Shown piece after piece: positions 22,694 through 33,385 of a DNA stretch of 64,000 nucleotides. Made by a program: the position numbers and the translations under genes. This stretch comes from Pseudogymnoascus verrucosus (Eukaryota): NCBI GenBank assembly GCA_001662655.1, contig KV460287.1; one strand, given 5' to 3'. The notes beneath the pieces were generated by a model that ran no database searches, was not told where the DNA came from, and worked only from the letters and a program-made list of their open reading frames with translations. Each line of letters opens with the position of its first letter. Within the stretch, counting starts at the first letter, position 1.

Positions 22694-22890
22694 ATATGGC
22701 CTAGGTTTGCCTCATGCAGTGGAATAAGAGTGGTGTGAAGAGAATTGAAGGCGGGAGTGGGCTCATTTCTCAGGTCTTCAATAATTTAGTAGCTTCGTTT
22801 TAGTCTCAATAAGCAATAAGTCACACCATATGAATGGTGGTCAAAAAAATTGTATTATGGTCTATGAAGCACAAACTAAAAGAAGTTGGT

Positions 22891-23187
22891 TCAATCCTCG
22901 TGTGCTTTCGAACCCCCTGGTCTGATCATGTCGAAATAGAACCCCACGGCTCCTAGCGTGACTAAAGTAAGAACGAACAGGCACGCTAATCCCACAGTAC
23001 AGAGCGTCAAACGGTTCCGCCAAGGCTGGTCTCGGGGCGTGCGCTCAGCTTTCTCGAGGTCAAGTTCCCTGTTGCGAAGATCGATCGGCTCATGTGGGTA
23101 GTTTATCTCGTCTTGTGTAGGGGCGGGTTCACATGGCATGTAGTCCGACTGTGGATCGGCGCTCCTTGACCATTTGGAGGAAGCCAT
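22891..23187 (-). CDS. Array member 15
   Basis: ACCATGG start (MASSKW); PIDLRNRELDLEKAER (LRNRELDLEK identical to member 8); TM LCTVGLACLFVLTLVTLGAVGFYF. Confidence 0.75.
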   Translation of the reverse strand: MASSKWSRSADPQSDYMPCEPAPTQDEINYPHEPIDLRNRELDLEKAERTPRDQPWRNRLTLCTVGLACLFVLTLVTLGAVGFYFDMIRPGGSKAHED

Positions 23188-23405
23188 GGTGAAAAGGCGC
23201 ATGATTAGAGGGCTCTGTATTGTTCTGTGAAAACGACTATGAGAGGGAGAACGTCGAGAAAGGGCAGGTAGTAAGCTTAGTGTATTGTGCTTTCACTAAA
23301 TTAGCAACTTGTTTTAGTCCGGGTCCAAATAAGTCACACCATGTGAACAGCTTTCAATTGTTTATATACTTTAGGTAATTAAAATATAAAAACTCGATGC
23401 GTCAT

Positions 23406-23822
23406 TTATGTTCGGCCTGAGACAGTGTTCGGCACAGATCGTAGATGACCCGACCCGATCCGGATCATGATCCGGATCACGATCCGCCGAACACTGGCCT
23501 GAGAAGTCCTTTTTGTACTCAAATCATTATAACAACATACGCCGATGACCCCAAATATAAAGGCAACAGACAGCGTCATCGTGCCCAAGACAGCGACATG
23601 ACTAATATCCCACCAACGCTGCTCTCGAAATTGACGCTCGGCTTTCGCAAGCTCGATTTCCTGGTGTCGAAGATAGATCTGCGTCTGTCGATAGTGCATC
23701 TCATTGTACGTGAGATCACGTTCAGCGTGCTTTACTAGTTGGATAGTCGTACATTGAGACTGTGGAGGGTCGTCAGGGACTGGCTGCGGGGGTGTTTTAT
23801 GGGTGCTTTTGGAGGGAGCCAT
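23406..23822 (-). CDS. Array member 16
   Basis: ACCATGG start (MAPSKS); QIYLRHQEIELAKAER; TM VAVLGTMTLSVAFIFGVIGVCCY; close relative of member 15. Confidence 0.75.
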   Translation of the reverse strand: MAPSKSTHKTPPQPVPDDPPQSQCTTIQLVKHAERDLTYNEMHYRQTQIYLRHQEIELAKAERQFREQRWWDISHVAVLGTMTLSVAFIFGVIGVCCYNDLSTKRTSQASVRRIVIRIMIRIGSGHLRSVPNTVSGRT

Positions 23823-24194
23823 GGTGAAGGTGTTGGTGAGCAGAAGGTCTAGAATACTTCGTTTAGGAGATAAAGATAGGGTAAACAAAAGAGACAATAT
23901 AACAGGTGCAAGGAGGAGATACTGGGGAGATAGGAGAGGAGTATATGGGCTGATACCATCCACCCAAGCTAGCCTAGCCTCGAACCCTTACGCCATATGT
24001 ATCGAGGGTGGATGGGGAATGCTGCGTGCTTTTAAGAGTACACTTTCAGGGTTTGCTTGTTCTAGCATTGTGGCTAACCTAGATAGAGGAACTTGAGACC
24101 CTCTAGAGTAATTCTGATATAGTAATCTATATTTTTGATGCGGTGTCCGCGTATATATGTATAGCTTTATAAACCATATAGAAGCCCATGTGGA

Positions 24195-24650
24195 CTAACC
24201 ACTCTTATGGCAAGACTTAGTGCGGTTTACTACCACATAAACGATCAAATCCCACGCCAAAACTGCGCCCACAACGATGGCGGTGACACCAGCTAAACAT
24301 AACAGAAGCGTTCCGAAGAACTTGAAAATATTTTCGGGTGTTATGCAAGCGATAATCTGTTTGAATGGGATGCGATTGCAATGTTTTTTGACTGAGATGC
24401 GATTGCAGATCCCCTCATACCAGCTTAAAGAAGGCCTCACGGGCTGGATCAGGCCATTCTCTACATCGATCTCGAGCTGCTCCTGTAAATTTTCCCGTCT
24501 GAGTGCATCGTTACTCCCGGACCCAACATTATCGACCATTCGTAGGGACGAGTATTTTGGTGGGGGTGTAGTGGTTTTGTTTGTTGTTTCCGAACCGCAG
24601 GATTCCCAGTCTTCCTCTGCCGTTGGTTGGTGCCAGTTGGAGGATGACAT
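24195..24650 (-). CDS. Array member 17 (151 aa), PPKY motif, C-terminal TM
   Basis: EEDWES...TTTPPPKYSS...EIDVENG...TPENIFKFFG + TM; paralogous to member 18. Confidence 0.8.
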   Translation of the reverse strand: MSSSNWHQPTAEEDWESCGSETTNKTTTPPPKYSSLRMVDNVGSGSNDALRRENLQEQLEIDVENGLIQPVRPSLSWYEGICNRISVKKHCNRIPFKQIIACITPENIFKFFGTLLLCLAGVTAIVVGAVLAWDLIVYVVVNRTKSCHKSG

Positions 24651-25242
24651 GGAGTTTGGTGGATGAGCTTGGTTATGAGGAGAGCTTCAAGTGAGAGATT
24701 TGAATGACTTGTCAGGTAGGAGAAGGTTTAAGTGGTGCTAGGTGCTGGGTGCTTCCATTGAGGAAGGGCAGTCGAGTCAAGGAAGGAGAAGAAAGAAAGG
24801 AGAGAGCACAAATATGCAAACCAGAATATTATCATCGTTCGACGTTTACAGCATATGTTTAGAGCCGAAACTATGTTCTACGATTATATCATTAGATAGG
24901 TCGTAGTCGGCTGGTACCTGCTAGTTATCTGTCAATCTGTGGAAGTGCGACATTACGCCGCTCTCCCCCTAGCTTTGAACTAATGTACCAAACGCCCGCT
25001 TGCCCGCATCTTTGTGTGAACTTCAAAGGCAGCATCTTCACAATACCAATGTGTTGTATCCCGAAAACTTCAAGCCGCTTGTACCTAGGATGGACAGTAA
25101 ATGGTGTAGGCTTCATTTATGTGTGGTCTAGGAGTGAAATTTCAGGACTTGATTGTTATAGTATTGTAGCTACTCTAGATAGATTCTCATTGCGTTGGTT
25201 GTGCAAACATGGCAATATACAACAATGGATACCCTAAGTTCT

Positions 25243-25737
25243 CTAATCATTAATTCTCTGGCGGCTTTTTATCATCATAACTATACCATTCCACAAAAGC
25301 ATTCCTAGCATAATAGCGAGACTAAGGGCAACGACAAATAGGATGATTATTCCGAAGCTCTTGCAAATATTTTCAAGTGTGAGCACCCTGCCAATTTTAT
25401 GGATCCAGTTTTCACGAGGCTTTTTGAACATGCTCCAGCCGCTTTCGAGATCAATCTCGCGCTGTCGCCGTACCATATTCCCTCGGAGTTCGTAGCTGCT
25501 CCCGGTCTCGATATCCGCTGCTGTTTGAACGGAGGAGTATTCTGGAGGGGCTGTAGTGGGCTCTAAGTCTTCGTTTGGTGTTTCTGAGAGCTGGTCAGAG
25601 GACCCCGAATCATCATTTTGTGTTTCTGCGAGCTGATCGGAGGATTCTGCGCCTTCGTCTGTTGTTGCCATGAGCTGGTCAGAGGATTCCCAGTCTTGCT
25701 CCACCGTCGCCAAAGAAGGCCACTTAGAGGATGGCAT
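25243..25737 (-). CDS. Array member 18, PPEY motif, 3x14-aa acidic repeat, C-terminal TM
   Basis: ATG 25737 (MPSSKW); EQDWES...TTAPPEYSS...RRQREIDLESG...TLENICKSFG + TM. Confidence 0.8.
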   Translation of the reverse strand: MPSSKWPSLATVEQDWESSDQLMATTDEGAESSDQLAETQNDDSGSSDQLSETPNEDLEPTTAPPEYSSVQTAADIETGSSYELRGNMVRRQREIDLESGWSMFKKPRENWIHKIGRVLTLENICKSFGIIILFVVALSLAIMLGMLLWNGIVMMIKSRQRIND

Positions 25738-26263
25738 TTTGTTCGATGAAATAAGCTCGGCTGTTGAAAATGGATTCAAGTAAGAGCTTTGGGTGGCGTG
25801 GCTGGTGAGATGAGAACATTCGGGTGGTGCTGGGGTACTCTCGCTGAGGGTAGACAGCGAAGTAGATTATGGGTAGAGAAAAAATAAAGGACAAAAACGG
25901 GCACCATTGCAGGCCAATATTACCATCGTTTGATGCATACATAATGTGTTTAGCGTTGAAATTATATTTTTTATCACTTTATCATCTCATGACTTGATAG
26001 ATCATCGTTGGTCGGCTGTCAAAGATAAGGAACTAAGACGCTAGTTTGAACCAGCACCACTCGCGTCCCAATGGCGTCCAAAATTCCCGCCTTCCCGTAT
26101 CTCCGTGCACTACAGTAAATCGAGTTACACGGTTCAACCTCCACCTCAGTTCCCTTCTCGCTCAACATCTTCGCAATACCAACGCGTTTCATCACCAACG
26201 ACAACTGCAATACACGCAGTCTACTATCCTCGACAACAGATATATTCAAGTTGAATAGAAGCA

Positions 26264-26634
26264 ATGTGTCTCTCCGCCACCTGTGGAACCTGTCGTGAGT
26301 GCCATCTCCGGATCTCAATATCTGTTGGACACAGAACCATTACTTAAATAAGGGTTGAACTAGTAAACTAACTTTCCCAGAAAAGAAGACATGGTGGGGC
26401 TGTGGCTCGCATATCCCTTCCGTCATGGACAGCGTCCCTGAGACTGATCGCTGCAGTTGCGAGCCCAAGGGTTAGTTCAGCCTCCTCCCATACTCCCGTC
26501 TCCGACGTCTCTCTTCGTTCTCTGTCTCCTCTTTCATTCCTCGTTTCAATGAACAATAGCACCCGACAAAGCTAACACAGGCAGTCGATGTCGATGGGGC
26601 GAAATATCCCCCAAAAGCGGCGAGTAAGAACTGA
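26264..26634 (+). CDS. 56-aa Cys/His-rich microprotein (3 exons)
   Basis: Exons 26264-26294, 26381-26470, 26585-26634 with GTGAGT/GTTAGT donors, CTAAC branch points and CAG acceptors; MCLSATCGTCQKKTWWGCGSHIPSVMDSVPETDRCSCEPKVDVDGAKYPPKAASKN*. Confidence 0.85.
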
Positions 26635-27289
26635 TTCCCTGGTTGAGCTGGCATGGCATGGCGCTCATAGTGGGCATAGCGTTCTGGAGGGTGGTGAGGG
26701 GCGCGGTGGGGCTATAGAAACCAGCTGATACTGAGTGAAGGGGGCTATGGGTGGTGATGGTACCTTACCCACGGTCTGGTGTCATGTTCATATGGAGAAG
26801 TGCAGAGGGACAGTTATGTGAGGATTGGACGCGATGACGATGGAAACAATTCAACTCTACCCGAATACACTCTCTCTTCTCTGTCTCTATTGTGAGGATA
26901 CTCATATCCTATATGGGCGCAAATGAGGCAATGGTGGACGCCGGCAGCGTCGGATCTAACATATATGGTCATCACCATGACGGGCGCGAATTCAAGAGCC
27001 CCTAAAGAAGGGCAGCGACCCCAAGAAACCCGCGACACCCTACCCGCATACACAACCCCGCTCCTCTAAGAACCTCGATACTTCACCATATCCCATTCCA
27101 AATGTGACACAACCCAAGCCCATCATCAATTCTCCCCCGCATTCTGCCCCTCACCGCCCCACCATTCTGCCCTCTTCCACCGCCTTCACCCCCACCAAAT
27201 CCGTAAATTTCCACCAGGACCCCTCCAACCAGCCTCCCATACCAGCCATTTCAAAGCCCATCTCTCTGCAAAGAAACTCACGCGCGATC

Positions 27290-28633
27290 ATGGCAGACGT
27301 CGACCCCCTCGCCACCCCCGAAACGGACATAACGACGCAGACTATCCTCCTGCACGCCGCAAACCACGACATCCCAGCCCTCAAACCCTTCCTGCGCGTG
27401 CCGGGCGCAGCGTCGGCCCAGGATCCAGAGACAGGATTTACGCCGCTGCATGCAGCTATTGCAGCCTGTGGGCCTGTATCTGAGGGGGCGGCAGGGTCTG
27501 AGGCGCCTGCCGGCGAGCCGGCTGCCGCAACGCCTGCTTCCGGAGAGGAGAAGGGTTCTGGTGACGACGCCAGCGCGATCGAAGACATTGAGGCGTCTGC
27601 TATAGCAACGGTCACGGAACTGTTCCTCTCGGGCGCTATCTGGAATGATCTTGATGCGAGTGGTGAGACACCGGGGTGCCTCGCGTGGCGTCTAGGGAGG
27701 AAGGGGGTGTATGAGGCAGTTGTTCAGGCGGGGGTGCGGGCCGAAGTTCTGCTGGGGATGATGGGGGGTTACGACCCTTTGTCTAGCGGGGGAGAGTCCG
27801 AAGCCGAGGAAGAAGATACCACAGATCCCGCTACTGAAGCAGAGCCACAGCCAGAGGCCACAGATGAGGCGAAAGAAGCCACCGACACAAAAGCTCCCGC
27901 GCCCTTCGACCCGCAAGATCCCACGGATGTGAACTCCCGCGACTATCTCGCTTCGGAGCTCACCTCCACCTCCACCGCGCTCCTCGACTCCGACGCTAAC
28001 GCCGTCATGATGGAGTGGGAAACAGACATCATGAAGCTCTCTGCAGCCCTCCTCGCGCCCGCCCCCGGCCTGCGCGTCCTCAACATCGGCTTCGGGATGG
28101 GCATAGTGGACCGCTTCTTCGCTGCTGAGACACCGAGCACACATCATATCATCGAGGCACACCCTGGTGTTCTTGCATCGCTGGGCGCGCCCGACCACGA
28201 GTTCGGGGCGAAGTGGGAGGCGAAAGGGGGGGAGGGAAGGAATAAGGTTTGGGCAGGCAGGTGGCAGGATATCGCGCCTGCACTGCTAATGGGGGGGGAG
28301 ATGTATGATGCGATTTACTTCGATACCTTTGGGGAGGACTATGGGGCACTGAAGATGTTCTTCGAGGATTATGTGCCTGGGCTGCTGGCAGAGGGTGGGA
28401 GGTTTGGATTTTTCAATGGACTGGGGGCGGATCGGAGGGTATGCTACGATGTTTACACGCGTGTGGCGGAGATGGATCTTGAGGGGGTGGGCATGGAAGT
28501 GCAGTGGGTGGATGTCGAGGTGCCTATCGAGGAGGGGCTCGGGAAAGAGGGCGAGGGAGAGTGGGAGGGTGTTAAGAGGAGGTATTGGACATTGGATACG
28601 TATCGCCTACCTATTTGTACGTTTATGGGTTGA
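27290..28633 (+). CDS. RMT2: Protein arginine N-methyltransferase 2 (ankyrin-like N-terminus plus RMT2/GAMT domain)
   Basis: TGFTPLHAA ankyrin-like motif, NAVMMEWETDIM, VLNIGFGMGIVD, IIEAHP, YDAIYFDTF, FFNGLGADRRVCYDVY, RRYW. Confidence 0.93.
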   Translation: MADVDPLATPETDITTQTILLHAANHDIPALKPFLRVPGAASAQDPETGFTPLHAAIAACGPVSEGAAGSEAPAGEPAAATPASGEEKGSGDDASAIEDIEASAIATVTELFLSGAIWNDLDASGETPGCLAWRLGRKGVYEAVVQAGVRAEVLLGMMGGYDPLSSGGESEAEEEDTTDPATEAEPQPEATDEAKEATDTKAPAPFDPQDPTDVNSRDYLASELTSTSTALLDSDANAVMMEWETDIMKLSAALLAPAPGLRVLNIGFGMGIVDRFFAAETPSTHHIIEAHPGVLASLGAPDHEFGAKWEAKGGEGRNKVWAGRWQDIAPALLMGGEMYDAIYFDTFGEDYGALKMFFEDYVPGLLAEGGRFGFFNGLGADRRVCYDVYTRVAEMDLEGVGMEVQWVDVEVPIEEGLGKEGEGEWEGVKRRYWTLDTYRLPICTFMG

Positions 28634-29012
28634 ACGGACGTCTAGGTGATTGATTAAGTGGGGATGGGAAATCAATAATCGTTTACCAGTTCAGGGCGTG
28701 AGAATCTCGTCGCTGCGTTTGGATGTTGAGAACTGCACGGTGGTGGGAAGAAGAGTGGCGTTTGTGGCTTGAAAAAAAGTAGATTCTTCAACTTATCTGC
28801 TATGTAGCCAGACAATACCAAGCATTCTCTAATCTTTTCTTATTATATAGCCTGACAATAACGAACATCCCGTGTTTTTTTGGTCATGTAGCCCCAAGGT
28901 GCCAACGTCCCCTTGTATTCCAGCAAATCTGCTATTTACAAGTGGGCTATGCCACGAAGCTAAAATTCAAGCAATTTCGTTGAAACGACACTTGCTAGGC
29001 GTCTAAAGGCGC

Positions 29013-31039
29013 TCATTTGTAGTTCTCCGGGTGCTGGATTCCAGCCATGTTGCCAGCCTTGACCCTCTTGAGAGTCAGTGCGGCGATGAGGGCAGCTCCA
29101 ACACCACTTCCATCCTCAGCAGCAAGGATCTCAATCGGGTCCCTCTCGCCTGCCTTCTTCTCAGGCCAGTCGAGGATCTCACGCAGAGCCTGCGCACCGC
29201 GCTCCTTGAAGTGGGGGTACTTGTTGAAGACAGATCCGTCAGCACCGACGTGGCACGTCTCGTAGCCCTTCTTCTTGCAAATGGCAGCGACACCGCAGGC
29301 CGAGAGGCGGGCGGCGCGCGTGCCGATCAGCTCGGCGAGGCGGCGGATGAGCTCGAGCTCGGCCATCGAGGGCGCGAGGTTGAGTCTTGCTTGGAAGAGC
29401 TCTGCGGTCTCAGACAAGTTCTCAAATGGATCTTCCTCGATGGCAGAGAGGAATGAGGAGTCCAAAGTGTATGCCTTGCGGAGCTTGTCGATGTTCTGTT
29501 GGTCGAAAATGTTCACGTGCTTGTTGTCGTGCAGGTCAACAAGGACAGTGCGGAAGATCTCGCCGAGGTAGAGGCCAGCGATCATCTTTTCGAAGGCTTG
29601 TTGGTCAGGGCGTGGCGATGCCTTGTCAATGACAACATCGTATGGCGTACGGGGCAGGACAACATGCTCGTTGTCGAAGGCACCCCACTCGCAGTTAATG
29701 CCCATGAGCGTGTCCGCGGGGAGGTTCATGTGAGCAAGCTTAGGGATGGATCCACAGTCCTCCATGTATGCGGCGTTGCATCCAGTGCCGAAAATGCAGC
29801 CAATCTTCATCGTGGTGTCAGTGTATGCTGAGGCAACCAATGTTCCAGTGGTATCATTGATCAAGGCGGCAAGATTAATCGGAACACCCTATACAGTTAT
29901 TAGCTGATGCAAGAAGGGACAATGTGATCGACTTACTCTCTTCTTCAACGCATCCAAAAATGGAGGGACCACATCCTTTCCCTCTACTCCATCGATGTCA
30001 AAACCTTTAGTCCAGCGCTGGAGGATACCGTGGTCAATATAGTTTTGTGTTGCCGGGTATGAGAATGTGAATCCGAGAGGCAAAGTCTCCAAATTTTCCT
30101 CTCCATGATGGGTTTGAATAAATTGCTGCAGGCAGTCGGCAATGTACTCCCACAGCTCATCAGCCTCGCCTGTCTTCAACTCTTCCGGCATCCTGTACTT
30201 AGACTGGATTATATCGAATTCGGACTTCTTCTCGGTCAAAGTGATCTCGCAAACTCGCAGGTTGGTTCCTCCCATGTCCAGTGCCAAGTAGCGGCCTTGT
30301 TCATTTCCATCTGGCATTCCCATACACCATGTTGGGTTCATTGGCTGCGATAAATTAGCCTATATCATACGTATAACAGGTTCAATGCAGCATACAATAC
30401 TTCCACCCTCTACGGTAAGGCCCTTGGCTAACTCCTTCACAAAATGATCGGTGATCTCCTTGAGCTTCTCTTGCGGCACAGTAAACATGCCCTCGAGGCG
30501 CTTAACCTCTTGGGCTAGATCCTTGGGTAGATCGGTGCTCGACCCTATTACGCGTTAGACTCCATTCGACCTCTAAAGATGCACTGCTTCGCTATAGACA
30601 CATGGAAAACATTGAATCTATCACTACTATCCACAATGGCCGCACGGATTGGTTGGCAATGGGTTATACATGATTTGCTTCGGGGCCAAATGATGCCATG
30701 TATCATGCCATCGCTGAGGGAGAAGCTGAATGGGAACAGTATTGAGCAATAGAAGAAACATGGCTGTTCCTTCTGTTGATTTAAATTGCTTTCAGATCCG
30801 AGCGAAGTCGCTCTACTGTTGCATTTCATTTCAACCCCGCACCCCACGAGATTGATCAAATCATGACCTTAGCCCCGTACGCTCGATCTTTGCAATGGGC
30901 TTGGTCCAAAATGCTAAGTTCCTTCCAAAGCTATATCACATTGCATTTGGCTTTCCCCGAGCACGCTGTAAAGACAAAGAGCGAAATTCGGAGGCATACC
31001 TTGGCGAGACGGCGGCTTCTTTGGTCCAAGGCCAACCAT
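29013..31039 (-). CDS. HXK: Hexokinase
   Basis: Exons 31039-31000 (MVGLGPKKPPSRQ), 30544-30396, 30344-29937, 29888-29013; LALDMGGTNLRV, LGFTFSYP, WTKGF, INDTTGT, IFGTGCNAAY, NCEWGAF, EDGSGVGAA. Confidence 0.97.
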
Positions 31040-31493
31040 GATTACAGGATTTTAGGGTAAAGGTATGATAGAAAAAGGTATATGTGTGTAAATTCACAAA
31101 CTCGGCCTGAGTTCAAATCGCGAGGGACCTGGCTGCTTATATATGGGCAGCTCAACAAAAATCGATTGTTATGTCTTGGGTTTTGTTTTGTTTTGTTGGA
31201 TCTTGCCCCTCTTCTTGCCGTCATAGGGCCCAGCCTTGGCCAGATAAGCTAAGGTGCGGGTCTGACTCAGCAAGCGTCTTCAGCGCGGGTAACTCCAAAT
31301 TGAGATAAGCGCACGGTAGCTTGCGCGTCCGTACGCGGCTAATTCTAAACTGTAAGGACACCTTGAAAGTACCACCAAGCTTGGGACGAGAGCTTCAGGC
31401 AAATCTTCTGGGCGGCCTCGACAACGATCATCCACCCTTCTCTTCCGAACGATATTATTTGAGACGACTGTATATATCTAGCCGTCTGTCGGC

Positions 31494-33088
31494 ATGGTTA
31501 ACATAAAGGCATTGTCGCTTGCGACTGCCGTCCTCTCCTTCGCTGGAGCAGCTCTCTCCAAGTCAACTGTAACGAAACCGGCCTCGTCACAAAACATCCT
31601 CCCGTCGACATTCACGCCGCCCCAAGTATTCAAAAATATAAATATCCAACGATCAATCAACCTCGAAAAGAGCTACCCTAGGAACGTTGTCAATGTTGTC
31701 ATAGAGAACGTCTCTCCTGAGGCACAAAATGAATACTACATCCCATTCACAACCTCGCAAGCGGAGAAGCTTGGCAACTTGGAAGTGAAGGACAATAAGG
31801 ACTTGACAAGTCCACCATTTAGCTTCGAGGCTGTTTCAATCGATGGTTCAAGGTATGCTTATCCGACCGCGCGCGTTCGTCGACTCTGGCTAATCTTCAT
31901 AGCGAAACCCAATTCTACAAGGTCCAACTGCCCCAGCCATTGGCGCCAAAGGGAAAACAGACTATCCAAATCAGCTACTCGTTCCTCTCCTCTCTGCGCC
32001 CTCTACCAGCAGCCATTGCTCAACAAGACCCACAATTCCTTGTCTATGAGTTCTCCGCATACTGGCCATCCTCGTACATCACCAGACACCAGGAGACCGA
32101 AATCAAGTTCCCGGGCGCCAGCGTCCCAGAATACACCGGTGGCATTGGGGGCAAGGAAGAGTCTGCCCAAAAGGCTGGCTCGAAGCTTACTTACGGACCG
32201 TTCAAGGACGTGACGGCAGGAACCACCCAGCCCGTCCGTGTCCGTTTCCAGCACACTCAACCGCTGATCCACGTCTCAAGGCTAGAGAGAGATATCGAGG
32301 TCAGCCATTGGGGTGGCAACATCGCCTTTGAGGAACGCTACACTATCGTCAACAAGGCCGCGAACCTCTCTTCCCAGTTCAACCGTGTTGAGTGGGCGCA
32401 CCAGCAATACCGTACCCCCGAGACGACCGCGATCAAGGCGCTCCACATCCCTCTACGCGTCGGCTCGCTCACTCCTTACTACACGGACGTCATTGGGAAC
32501 ATCTCGACCAGCCGCTTCAGGAGCAACAAGCGCGAGGCAAATTTGGAGCTCAAGCCCCGTTATCCTATCTTTGGTGGATGGAACTACCCCTTCCGCATCG
32601 GATGGGATGCGAACTTGGCGACTTTCTTGAGGACCGTCAAGTCTTCCGATAGCTACGTCTTGAACGTCCCCTTCCTCGAGGGTCCCAAGCAACATGAGGG
32701 TATCTCATACGAATTCGTCGAGCTCCGTGTCATTCTTCCAGAGGGCGCTACGTAAGATATCACCCCACACTACTCCTGAGATAAACCACTAACACTACTC
32801 AGGAACGTCAAGTACGAGACCTTAGTCCCCATTGTCTCCGCCACAATCTCCACCCACGTCACCTTCATGGACACCATCGGCCGCACCGCTCTTACCCTGC
32901 AGGCACGCAACCTCGTCGACGCGGTCCGCGACCGCGAGCTCATCGTCACCTACGAATACCCTCTTTCAGCGGCTCTCAGGAAGCCAGTTGTGATCATCGT
33001 TAGCGTTCTGGGTCTGTTTGTTGCCGTGTACCTCCTCGGAAGCCTGAACACGGGCATTTCCTCGAAGAGGGTGGGGAAGAAGGCTTAG
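31494..33088 (+). CDS. OST1: Oligosaccharyltransferase subunit 1 (ribophorin I)
   Basis: Signal peptide; introns 31853-31902 and 32752-32802; LERDIEVSHWGGNIAFEE, YYTDVIGNISTSRFR, PRYPIFGGW, VILPEGA; C-terminal TM. Confidence 0.95.
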
Positions 33089-33385
33089 AAGCGAAGTGGT
33101 GGCATGCAGGGGATAAAATGTGAAATGTATGCTTATGTAGAATACTCATAAAGATTATTGCTGTTTTTTGGTCGAGCTATGGGATTGTTTGAACCTTGAG
33201 TGATTTATGGCGTAACTTCAGTGCATTGGTTTATATGTGAAAACGTAGGGCATAGATGTTCATTAACTCGAATCAAAGCTATGCACACTCAAAATTGCCA
33301 TCAAAACCAAAAAACACTAACAATCTGTCCAAAACCGACAGTAACTATTTCATCCATCCATCCATCCATCCATCACCGCGCATCT

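Noticed and set aside
23447..23487. GATCCGGATCA tandem/palindromic repeat
   Set aside because: A small local slippage duplication in the tail of member 16 with no wider pattern.
23823..23963. Hydrophobic N-terminal extension of member 16 in the ORF track
   Set aside because: Starts at a non-ATG codon and corresponds to the CT-rich promoter tract; ATG 23822 matches paralogue 15.
12425..25779. Array proteins as SNAREs
   Set aside because: Topology is similar, but I see no consistent ~60-aa SNARE motif with a zero layer next to the TM, and stalk lengths vary widely.
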